NCBI GenBank assembly: GCA_963705505.1
Contig: CAVPJU010000001.1
Span: 160,001 to 224,000 of the forward strand
Length of the DNA stretch: 64,000 nucleotides
Reading direction: 5' to 3'
From: an uncultured bacterium
Lineage (GTDB): Bacteria > Desulfobacterota_D > UBA1144 > Nemesobacterales > UBA2774
Both the position numbers and the translations under genes were made by a program. How positions within the stretch are numbered: position 1 is the stretch's first letter; every line of letters starts with the position of its first letter. The notes under the pieces are model-generated. The model worked only from the letters and a program-made list of their open reading frames with translations, did no database searches and was not told where the DNA came from. Shown piece after piece: positions 9,405 to 18,264 of this stretch.

Positions 9405-11621
9405 CTATACTGCCTTGGCTCTCTTTCTTTCCTCTGCGCCTGGTTCAACCCCCGCTCCCGGCAATACACGGGATTCGTCTTCGAAAATAGGCTTACCCTT
9501 CATATAGTTCGGTATATCCAGACCGAATAATTTGAGGACCGTAGGGGCCATATCGTTCAGGTGAGGGTTTTCCTTTATGATTTTACGGTTTGTGAAAATT
9601 ACGCCTGGAACTATTTTGGGGTCAACGCAGTGATCTCCGCTCCAGTGCTTCGTATTGTCCTCGAACACGTCCTCCGTCACGCGGCCCAGGGCGCATGTCC
9701 ACGAGCTTCTGTAACCGGCGTTGTAACCGACGAGCAGGTCGGGGGCATCGTGCTTGTATGGCCCTGACGAAGCTGAGTCCGTATCTATGACCTCACGTAT
9801 CGACACTTCGCCCGCAATTTCATCCCTGAGCCCGGTGAGCTTTCTTATAAGCTCGGCTTTCAAGCTCGTGACTTCATCCCCTTCCTCGACAAAACCCCTC
9901 ATCTCCCTTCCCTTTCTGTTTATAAATATACCCGCGAGTCCGAGGGAGAACGCTTTTGTCCTGTCCCAATCTACGTTTTCGAACCAGTCGCCGCTCGTCT
10001 TCTTGCCGTCCCTGAGAGCCATGTACCCGTTTTGAAAGAGCCAGCTGTTTAAGTTGACGCCCCGTTTGAACTGCGTGAACCCGTGGTCTGATATCACCAT
10101 CAATACTGTTTTATCATCGGTTTTTTCAAGCGCTTTCCCGATCAGTCCGTCCATTCTCACGTAGAGGTCCTCTATGACGTTTTTATACTTTTCCGTCTCC
10201 TTGCCTCTGTTTGCGGGGTGATTTTGGTCGAGGCAGCGGAAGAACATGTGCTGCACCCTGTCAGTCGTATCGAATACGCACGTGCAGAGTCCGTTAGGTG
10301 TTTTTTCAAGCGCGTTGAAAAACATTTTCTCCCTTTCCTCGTAAAGGAGGTAAGCCTGCTCCAGGAACGCCTCCTCGTCTATAACGCCTTCGTTAAGCGC
10401 CCACGTGTCTTCGGCGAGTCCGAGAGTGCCGAAGGAGCCCTGGAGTTTTGCGAGATAGACGGAATATATGAAGGGGTGGGATATGGGGAGGGCGGGCTCC
10501 TCTGGGTCGATGTTGATCGGCGTCACGTACATATCGAACCCGGGCTCTAGGCTGTTTATGTAGAAGCGGCAGATACCGCGGACTTTTATGCCCAGGCCCG
10601 CCGGGAATGCGAGCCTTATCCAGGGGGAGTACGTCCTCGGGGCGAGCTCGAAACGCTGGTTCGATATTTCGATGACGGCCTTCCCGGCGGATTTATCTAT
10701 TTTTATCCTGAGGGGGATCGTTATTTCTTCACCGTTTTTGACGAGGCTGTTTTCCGGGCCGTATAAAAGGGTGTTGACGACCCCGTTCTTTATTTCCACG
10801 AACCTGCTTACTCCGCCCGTTTCCACTTCGTTCTTATTCGGATCGGTCGTATAGTGGGCGAAAGTCCCTTGAGACCCCTTGAGGTCGGGCACGCACATGC
10901 CCGAGAGGAGAACCCCGTTAAACTTCTCAGGCGGGAACGTTATGGGTACCCGCAGGACCGAGCTCCATATCCCGTGCTCGCCGAGTATCTTCCAGAAGGG
11001 ACGGCTCTTTCTGAGGAGCTTCATCTTCGGCTTGCCGAGAGGGATCATGTACTTGCCTATGGGAAGCACCTTGGATGCTTTTCCGATCTCCGCTGAAGAA
11101 AGCATCGGCTGATATGTGCAGGGGTCCCTGGTTATGAAATCGAATATGTTATGGTAAGAAGGGTCGACCCCGGTCATGAAAGACGACCACGCGACGGGCG
11201 ATATGGACGGGTAGCTAGTCGCAAGAGAAGTGAAAGTCCCCTCTTCCTTTAATTTCGCAAAGTTGGGGAGCTTCCCCTCGTTCATGAACGCCCCGGCGAG
11301 CTTCGGGTCCATCCCGTCAAGCCCGATTATTATCACCCGTTTTACGCTGCTTTTTGTCCTAGAGCCTTTCCTTAATAAAGCCCTTACCAGATAGCGCAGG
11401 GGCCAGGAAAGGAGATAGAAGATTGCGAGGGCAAAGGATATTATTAAGAACATAAATGACGAGAGGAACGCGAAGCCCGCGCCGGGCCCTATGTATCCGT
11501 AGGCGCTGTCGGTGACACCCGAGTACACGGCAAGGGAAAAAACGAGTATCGCGATGAGTTTTTTAAAGATATTCCCCGGCATTTCGGTGGGTATTTTAAA
11601 GTACTTTTTGCGTGATGTCAT
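9405..11621 (-). CDS. Alkaline-phosphatase-superfamily phosphodiesterase (COG3379-like) with N-terminal signal peptide + YIGPGAG + TM anchor
   Basis: IGLDGMD, PSISPVAWSS, SDHGF and SGDH motifs; collinear paralog of 7319..9322. Confidence 0.87.
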   Translation of the reverse strand: MTSRKKYFKIPTEMPGNIFKKLIAILVFSLAVYSGVTDSAYGYIGPGAGFAFLSSFMFLIISFALAIFYLLSWPLRYLVRALLRKGSRTKSSVKRVIIIGLDGMDPKLAGAFMNEGKLPNFAKLKEEGTFTSLATSYPSISPVAWSSFMTGVDPSYHNIFDFITRDPCTYQPMLSSAEIGKASKVLPIGKYMIPLGKPKMKLLRKSRPFWKILGEHGIWSSVLRVPITFPPEKFNGVLLSGMCVPDLKGSQGTFAHYTTDPNKNEVETGGVSRFVEIKNGVVNTLLYGPENSLVKNGEEITIPLRIKIDKSAGKAVIEISNQRFELAPRTYSPWIRLAFPAGLGIKVRGICRFYINSLEPGFDMYVTPINIDPEEPALPISHPFIYSVYLAKLQGSFGTLGLAEDTWALNEGVIDEEAFLEQAYLLYEEREKMFFNALEKTPNGLCTCVFDTTDRVQHMFFRCLDQNHPANRGKETEKYKNVIEDLYVRMDGLIGKALEKTDDKTVLMVISDHGFTQFKRGVNLNSWLFQNGYMALRDGKKTSGDWFENVDWDRTKAFSLGLAGIFINRKGREMRGFVEEGDEVTSLKAELIRKLTGLRDEIAGEVSIREVIDTDSASSGPYKHDAPDLLVGYNAGYRSSWTCALGRVTEDVFEDNTKHWSGDHCVDPKIVPGVIFTNRKIIKENPHLNDMAPTVLKLFGLDIPNYMKGKPIFEDESRVLPGAGVEPGAEERKRAKAV

Positions 11622-11673
11622 TTGGGTCTGAAATAATTGTGGAACATCGATAGACCTTTTGTTAAACGGAGGC

Positions 11674-13734
11674 TCACTGAATGTAATTCAGGGCTTTGAG
11701 TTTCTCTTTTTTTTCTTCGTCGAGCTTGACCTTCTCTGTACCCGTAACACCCAGCTGCTCGATCAGCTTCTCTGATTCCTGATCATTATTTGTCAATATG
11801 TTCTTTGCCTGGTCCGTCCTCGATATATTTGAATTCAACGGCAGCGGATTCTGCTCTCCGGGATCGTCATTCAGATCGAAGAGCACGCCGTGACCGGTCA
11901 CGACATTTCGTATGTATTTATTCCCCTCAAAAATTACCCCTTCCCTGTTTTCGTAGTAGAGGAGTCCGGAGCTTATTAACGGCAGTTCGATAAAAGAATT
12001 GGGATTATCGTTCAGTAACGGGGCCAAGGATTCGGCTGTAAGAGTTTCGTTTTCGTTTTTTATACCGGTCAGTCCGATTACCGTAGCCATGAGGCTCTGA
12101 GTAGTGACCTTTTCCTCTACTATTTTCTTTGAATGCTCGCCGGGGAGTTTAATGATAAACGGGACATGGAGAAGCTCGTTGTAAAGAGTATGGCCGTGCT
12201 CGAACCCGTCATGGTCCCAGAACTCCTCCCCGTGGTCGCTAGTCAGGATAACGAGGGAGTTTTTATAGACACTGAGCTCCTTCATCTTATCCAGAAGCCT
12301 TCCTAATTCGTCGTCAACATAACGTACCTCGGCATTATAGAGCTCTCTGATCCATTTCCTCTGCGACGCGTTCGGGGCGAAATACCCTTCCCTGATGGGG
12401 GCCGCGGTCATGAGCTCGTATCCGATGTACTCGTCGGGCACGGCGTCTTTGGATATATATTGCCTGGGAGGGGCGTAAGGTATATGGGGGTCGTAGTAAT
12501 GTACCCACAGGAAGAAATCTTTATCCCGGTTCTTCTCCAGCCAGTCTATGGACAGGTCGGTCAGCTCTGTGGTCGAGGCGTAGTATATCAATTCCTTCGG
12601 GAATGCCGCGTTGATTAACGTCGCTCCGAAGGAGTTGATCAACGTTTGGCGTTTGGGGAAAAAATTATACTCGAGGAACCCCTGATCCATATTGAATTCG
12701 GGGTGGAGGAAGAAATTGTCTCCTATCGCCGCGGTGTAATAACCCGAGTCCCTGAGATATTCCGCGAGCGTTTTGAACTTATCGGGGAGTCTCGACTCCG
12801 CGGTGAATGTTTTGTGGACCGTAGGCGAGAGCCCGGTCATCATCGAAGCGAAAGAAGGCAGCGTCCACGGCGCAGCGGAGAACGCGTTTTTGAAGAGCGT
12901 CCCGTCCCCGGCAATCGAGTCTATGTTCGGGGTGGATATGTCCTTGCTGCCGTAGCTCGATAGAGCGTCTGCCCTCAGTGTGTCGATGCTGATTAATATC
13001 ACGCGTTTGATCTTGTGGTCCGACGAGCCTTTGAAATTATTAGCGGGCGGCTCATATTTGTCTTTCGTGCTTACAAACACTACCGGGCAGACTACGAGGG
13101 CTACGAACATTAATACACAGAGGGGGATTATCGTATTGAATTTGGATTTTACGAAAGCAAAGAATAGTCCGAGCGTCAGGAGGGCTATTGAGAAAAACCC
13201 CAGGGACAGATCGTAGTCCGTATACTCGCCGTGCTTATTGAGCCAGATGAGTATCATGATCTCTGTGAGGAGGAGTGGGACCAAAAGGCTCAGCATGGAG
13301 CCCGCGAGTCCGCCCTTCTGAGACCGGCTTATTCTTTTTGCCGCGTAATATGTTACAAAGAGGGCAAGGGTCGAAATAATGAGGAAGATTAAAAGCTCCT
13401 GGAAAAAACTCTGACCGGGCGTGTTGAAATCGTAATAGTTTATCGAGATCAGCAGTATCGTCACACCGATGAATACCCCTAATGATATTGCTGCTGCGAT
13501 CTCGTCCAATCCGAACCCCTTTACCAGCCTGGCTCCGATCAAGAACCATAAAGCTAAAAAAAGAATGAAGGAAAACCCCGCTGTTACGGCGAATGGGAGT
13601 AAGACCGATCTGAACAAAAGGAATCTGGCTTCCGATGTGACCGTCCCTATCGATACGTCGAGAACGCCCGCCGAGAGACAAATGGTCAGTCCGATTATTA
13701 TTATCTGCCTGATCGAATAGCTGGATTTCTGCAT
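11674..13734 (-). CDS. Multi-TM sulfatase-like hydrolase/transferase (Thr nucleophile)
   Basis: About 6-7 N-terminal hydrophobic segments; ISIDTLRAD, PWTLPSFAS, DPHIPY, SDHGEEF and EHGH motifs; tail KEKLKALNYIQ. Confidence 0.87.
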   Translation of the reverse strand: MQKSSYSIRQIIIIGLTICLSAGVLDVSIGTVTSEARFLLFRSVLLPFAVTAGFSFILFLALWFLIGARLVKGFGLDEIAAAISLGVFIGVTILLISINYYDFNTPGQSFFQELLIFLIISTLALFVTYYAAKRISRSQKGGLAGSMLSLLVPLLLTEIMILIWLNKHGEYTDYDLSLGFFSIALLTLGLFFAFVKSKFNTIIPLCVLMFVALVVCPVVFVSTKDKYEPPANNFKGSSDHKIKRVILISIDTLRADALSSYGSKDISTPNIDSIAGDGTLFKNAFSAAPWTLPSFASMMTGLSPTVHKTFTAESRLPDKFKTLAEYLRDSGYYTAAIGDNFFLHPEFNMDQGFLEYNFFPKRQTLINSFGATLINAAFPKELIYYASTTELTDLSIDWLEKNRDKDFFLWVHYYDPHIPYAPPRQYISKDAVPDEYIGYELMTAAPIREGYFAPNASQRKWIRELYNAEVRYVDDELGRLLDKMKELSVYKNSLVILTSDHGEEFWDHDGFEHGHTLYNELLHVPFIIKLPGEHSKKIVEEKVTTQSLMATVIGLTGIKNENETLTAESLAPLLNDNPNSFIELPLISSGLLYYENREGVIFEGNKYIRNVVTGHGVLFDLNDDPGEQNPLPLNSNISRTDQAKNILTNNDQESEKLIEQLGVTGTEKVKLDEEKKEKLKALNYIQ

Positions 13735-13832
13735 GTTTTCTATATTATTCCCATCCGGTCATACCGGAGTCAATTTTAAACGAGCTAGAATTTGTCCGGG
13801 AGTTCACGAACGGTTAAATTCTAAATTCCTAT

Positions 13833-15263
13833 CTAATCCCATATCCTCTTTAATCTGCCGAATATACCCTCGTCCTTAAAGCTGGTCAGGCTCTTCCCAT
13901 TAGTTTCGCCTACTAATTTCATTCCGTAAAGGTCGAGCACAGTGGGAGCTATGTCATAAATACCGATGCCCTCCTTATAGCCCTGCTCCAGGTTCCCGGC
14001 TTTACATCCGTATTCATTCATGATGAATATTCCGTTCCAGTCGTGGTTAGCTTCATCCGAACCCGTATCGTTTTCGAACGTATGGATTCTGCCTGCGCCC
14101 ACGCTCCCGACGGAGCGCCAGCCGAGTCCCCCGAAATAGACGATAAGGTCGGGCGGGACTCCGTTCACTTCCCTGTAAATATCCTCCGGTCTGTATGCCC
14201 TCGTGCCGATGTCCTCGCCGTCGGGTCCCGGGATCGCCTCGATCTTGCGGATGAGCTCAGTGCGGATTTTTTCATAATCGCCCGGGTCTACTATACCCTC
14301 GGGCTCCCTTCCCCTGACGTTCATAAAGAGTCGCCCGTAATACCCGCCGTCCCCCCACGCGAGCGTTTTGCTCCAGTCTATCTCCACGTCGGCGATCCTG
14401 GTCTGCTCGGCAGGATATTTTTTAAGAGTCAGATACCCTTCCTTTATAAGCCATTCGTTAAAGCAGATACCGCCTTCCATCTTCCGCGCCCCGTGATCCG
14501 ATACCACGATCACGACCGTATCTTCGGGGACGAGCGATAACAGCTCTCCTACTTCACGGTCGCAGTACTTATAATATTCCTTTATAGAATTCTCGAACGG
14601 GTTCCCCGGCTCGAATTTCCTGTGCTCCGGGTCGATGAAGCTCCAGAACCCGTGATGGATGCGGTCAGTCCCCATCTCGACGAGCATGAAGAAGTCCCAG
14701 GGTTTGGTCTTTATGAGGTGCTTAGCGACCTTGAAATGCTTTTCGGTCTTTTCGTAAATTCTTCCGAGGAGCGCTTCCTTGTCGTCCGTTCGGAAATTCT
14801 CGACGTCGAGAACGTATCCGCCCGATACTTCCTCTATTTCATCTTTAAGGGGGGCGGGGTAGGTGTAGTTGCTCTCGGTCGAAGGGGCAAGGAACCCGCT
14901 CACCACGCAGCCGTTCACGGCCTTGGGCGGATAAGTCTGAGGGACGCCGAGGATAATTACCTTCCTGCCCGCGTTTGAGAGTATGTCCCACACCCTGTCG
15001 CATTTAACCGCCGTCGCGTTAGCAATTGTGTATCCGTCGTATGAGTAGTCCTTTCTATTTCTGAACCCGTAATACCCGAGCTGACCGGGGTCTTTCCCGC
15101 TCATCATTACAGCCCAGGCGGGGACTGTTATAGGGGGGTGGCACGATAAAAGAGGCCCGTAAGCCCCATTTTCCATGAGTTTTTTGAGGTTAGGAAGTTC
15201 GTCCTTCCACCCGAACACGAACCTCGGGTCGGCGCAGTCAAGCCCTATTATCAGAAGCTTCAT
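13833..15263 (-). CDS. Cytoplasmic alkaline-phosphatase-superfamily phosphodiesterase (COG3379-like)
   Basis: IGLDCA, PPITVPAW (Thr nucleophile), DRIHH, SDHG and ANH motifs; no signal peptide. Confidence 0.88.
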   Translation of the reverse strand: MKLLIIGLDCADPRFVFGWKDELPNLKKLMENGAYGPLLSCHPPITVPAWAVMMSGKDPGQLGYYGFRNRKDYSYDGYTIANATAVKCDRVWDILSNAGRKVIILGVPQTYPPKAVNGCVVSGFLAPSTESNYTYPAPLKDEIEEVSGGYVLDVENFRTDDKEALLGRIYEKTEKHFKVAKHLIKTKPWDFFMLVEMGTDRIHHGFWSFIDPEHRKFEPGNPFENSIKEYYKYCDREVGELLSLVPEDTVVIVVSDHGARKMEGGICFNEWLIKEGYLTLKKYPAEQTRIADVEIDWSKTLAWGDGGYYGRLFMNVRGREPEGIVDPGDYEKIRTELIRKIEAIPGPDGEDIGTRAYRPEDIYREVNGVPPDLIVYFGGLGWRSVGSVGAGRIHTFENDTGSDEANHDWNGIFIMNEYGCKAGNLEQGYKEGIGIYDIAPTVLDLYGMKLVGETNGKSLTSFKDEGIFGRLKRIWD

Positions 15264-17231
15264 TCACTGCTTCCTTCTTCTGAGGAAACTTAGCGCCGTT
15301 ACAAATGCCGGAATTAGCAGAATCAAACTGTTTGCAAACGCAGTCCCTCCGATATCGGCGCCGGCAGGACCGTAAATAGAGCATCCGCCTCCGCCGTCCG
15401 AGTTATTGTTTCCGGGGGGAGGAGTAGGCGTGGGTGTGGGTGCACTGCCGATTGCTTCCTCCACAGCGGCAAATGCGTTTATGCTCCCGAATCCCGATAT
15501 GTTATCGAACCCCGCTGGTGAGAGGTCCTCAGCCGTGCCGGTCAGTATATCCGTTACCTCCTGCACCTGCCTCGCGGCGACGAGGCCCGAGTCTTCGGCA
15601 TTAGAGGACGCTATGTCGGCTCCGAAACCGAGGGCCTGCAGCACGAGCGCTGCGACTCCCGCCGCGTGGGGAGCGGCGGCGGAAGTGCCGGCAAAGTTAA
15701 AGAATCCCGGAACGCTCGTGGATACCCTGTTCGGGGCAACGATGGTCGGCGTTTGCCTGTCCTCGAGAAGCGGTGCGGCTCTTTCGGACGGGACGCTTGA
15801 AACCGTCACCGTCGGGGAAAAGAAGATCGACGACGGACCTTCGGAGCTGAAAAAGTCCACAGCGCCATTGAATGTGGCTCCCACGGATATCACACCGGGG
15901 GCCGCCGGATGGCCGTAAATACTGTTTTCGGGGACGTTGAATTCTATTGGGCTTCCGTCGAGGTTAAAAAAGATTTCGAGCGTCTGAGCTTCTCCGCTGA
16001 ACTTGTTGACGACGATATCGTAGAAAAGGGTTTCTGTATCATCGGGGTTTTGCACGGCAGCGATTTCGATCGGATCGTCATCCCCATTTTGCACGTCGGT
16101 ACCGCTATCGATTATATCCGCCGTATCGGAATCGACGAGAAACAGGTCGTAATCATCAGACGCCTCTCCGAAGGGGTTTGACCACTGCAGTACGACTACG
16201 GAACTGCTGAGGGGAGGGACTTCGACGGTCATGCCGACGTCGCTCGCTTCGCCCGCCGCGAGGCCGAAGTCGTGGAGCTCGTTTTCAGTGTCTTCCGGGT
16301 CCGTGTCACGGAAGAGGGCCTGGTAATGCCTGTCGCTGTCATTGCCCGCCGCTGAAACGAATATTATTCCGTCCTCTACCGCCTGTGCCGCCGCCTGTGC
16401 GACGGAGCCGTCCTGGAAGAAAGGCTCGTCGAGAAACCCTATGTCGTCGATTATCACGTCGACGCCGTTATTTCTGAAGAAATCTATTGCGTCTATGAAG
16501 TTCAAGGTAGTAGTTCCGTTGTGAAACGCAAGGTCCGCCCCCGGAGCTATGTCGTGCACGATTTCGAGTATGGCAGTCCCCTCGTCGCCGCTCCCAGGGT
16601 CACCCACCTGTACGGAATCCGGGAGGTCTCCCGTCATTTGGGATGCAGCCATGCTGTCGACTCCGTCTGATATCACGCCTACCTTTATTCCCGAGCCGTC
16701 CACACCGAATGTGTCCCTCGCCTCATCCGAGCCCATTATCCCGTCCCCTTCGGTCGTTACGGAGCCTTCTCTCGTGTGCCCGTAGCTCGGAGGGGTGATT
16801 TTGGAAACGAAACCCAGCTCCGTTGCCTTTTCTATGCTGTCATAGGGGAGCCAGCCCTGAACGATTTTCAGGTTTTCATTAATGACCTCAGAGATTAAAC
16901 CCAGCCCGTTTAATCTCTTGAGATTCTCATCGCTGAATTCGCTCAGGTGAACGTAAACTTCTATATTCCCGGCATTGTCCACCTTTACGAGCGGGGTCGA
17001 TAAATCTTCCGCGCTCAGGCTTTGGATATTGTTTCTCGATACACCCATGTCGGCCATTTTATTAAGGACTTTGGTCAGCCTCGGGCTTATTTTGGAATTG
17101 AGGCTCAGGTTCTTTTTCTGGTCTCTGAAGCCTCTACCGTCGAGATCCTGAAGGGCCGATGTGTCGGGGGCGAGTTCGGGAATCAGGGAGGTCGTGCATA
17201 GAATTACAAGTGTGAAGAGGGCTTTTTTCAT
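15264..17231 (-). CDS. Secreted S8 (subtilisin-like) serine peptidase with C-terminal GGGGC-TM-RRR sorting signal
   Basis: Signal peptide; GVISDG, DEGTA and GTSAAAPH motifs; PTPTPTPPP linker; GGGGCS...LILLIPAFVTALSFLRRRKQ. Confidence 0.88.
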   Translation of the reverse strand: MKKALFTLVILCTTSLIPELAPDTSALQDLDGRGFRDQKKNLSLNSKISPRLTKVLNKMADMGVSRNNIQSLSAEDLSTPLVKVDNAGNIEVYVHLSEFSDENLKRLNGLGLISEVINENLKIVQGWLPYDSIEKATELGFVSKITPPSYGHTREGSVTTEGDGIMGSDEARDTFGVDGSGIKVGVISDGVDSMAASQMTGDLPDSVQVGDPGSGDEGTAILEIVHDIAPGADLAFHNGTTTLNFIDAIDFFRNNGVDVIIDDIGFLDEPFFQDGSVAQAAAQAVEDGIIFVSAAGNDSDRHYQALFRDTDPEDTENELHDFGLAAGEASDVGMTVEVPPLSSSVVVLQWSNPFGEASDDYDLFLVDSDTADIIDSGTDVQNGDDDPIEIAAVQNPDDTETLFYDIVVNKFSGEAQTLEIFFNLDGSPIEFNVPENSIYGHPAAPGVISVGATFNGAVDFFSSEGPSSIFFSPTVTVSSVPSERAAPLLEDRQTPTIVAPNRVSTSVPGFFNFAGTSAAAPHAAGVAALVLQALGFGADIASSNAEDSGLVAARQVQEVTDILTGTAEDLSPAGFDNISGFGSINAFAAVEEAIGSAPTPTPTPPPGNNNSDGGGGCSIYGPAGADIGGTAFANSLILLIPAFVTALSFLRRRKQ

Positions 17232-17403
17232 TCGGCTTGTTCTCCCGCGTCATTTTTTAATTTTAATATTATAACCAATCAAATACCGTCTATATGGATA
17301 AATTTGTGAGGGCCGGATTTATAAATTATTCCTGATTTTAATGGCTTACCAACACTTTTTATTAGTATGCATTAAAAAGTGCCTTTCAATGAGTAAATGC
17401 GTG

Positions 17404-18051
17404 TCATCCTGGATTTCCGAACCTGCTAAAGCCTTTAATCAACCCCTCCGGATCGTTAGATATATCTGTATTTATTATCGGGGCGGCGGCGTACGCTCCT
17501 TCTCCGACGTATTCTGCCGCTTCTTCGGGCGTCATATAGTCTGTCGGTATGAATTTCACACCCGGATATAAATATTTGAGTCTTTTCAGCCAGGTTACAC
17601 CTCCCACTGCGGAGCATGGGAATAGGCTTACAGCGTCCGCCCTTAATTCATAGGCGTTATTGACCTCTGTCGGAGTGAGCGCGCCGGGGGCATGAAATAA
17701 ATGTTCCCTCCTGCACTTTCTTAAAATCCCTTTGTCCATATGCGGGGAGAAGATGAATCGAGCGCCCGAGCCGACCGCAGCCCTCGCCTCTTTTAACGTC
17801 GAGACGGAAAACACACCGTAGCACCTCCCGCTTTTTCTCTTTAATGATTTCAATTTTTCTTTTACTCCCGGAATCCTGAAATCGAGTCCTGTGAGACAGC
17901 CGCTCTTCCCGCTTATGAACTCGGCAACCTCGAACACCCGTTCGTGCGAACTCCCTGTCAGGAGTATTACGACCTTTTCCTTTTCTATTTTTTCCCGCGT
18001 CTCTGTTAAGGATTTGATTGAAGACTGTTCCGGCGTTTCTCTGGCTTGCAT
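17404..18051 (-). CDS. KDPG/KHG aldolase (Eda)-like protein lacking catalytic residues
   Basis: GARFIFSP, PGALTPTEV, LFPCSAVGG and KFIPT match Eda; the ORF-track N-terminal extension overlaps tRNA-Ser, so the start is set at ATG 18051. Confidence 0.75.
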   Translation of the reverse strand: MQARETPEQSSIKSLTETREKIEKEKVVILLTGSSHERVFEVAEFISGKSGCLTGLDFRIPGVKEKLKSLKRKSGRCYGVFSVSTLKEARAAVGSGARFIFSPHMDKGILRKCRREHLFHAPGALTPTEVNNAYELRADAVSLFPCSAVGGVTWLKRLKYLYPGVKFIPTDYMTPEEAAEYVGEGAYAAAPIINTDISNDPEGLIKGFSRFGNPG

Positions 18052-18075
18052 CTGCTCTTCTGTATGATTGAATTT

Positions 18076-18162
18076 CGGAGGGGGTGGGATTCGAACCCAC
18101 GAGAGCCTTGCGACTCTACTGATTTTCGAGACCAGCGCCTTCGTCCGCTCGGCCACCCCTCC
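18076..18162 (-). tRNA. tRNA-Ser (anticodon CGA), CCA not encoded
   Basis: GGAGGGGTGGCCGAGCGG...CTGGT-CT-CGA-AA-ATCAG, long variable arm, GGTTCGAATCCC, acceptor CCCCTCC-G. Confidence 0.96.
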
Positions 18163-18264
18163 ATGTAAATCAATGAGATAACCTACCAAAACTGTTTTGT
18201 TAAGGCAATATGACGGGTATTTTCACGTCTGTGAAACTTGCTTAAATAATGTAGACTTTTCCCC

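Noticed and set aside
18052..18189. N-terminal extension of ORF 17404..18189
   Set aside because: It is a read-through of tRNA-Ser sequence
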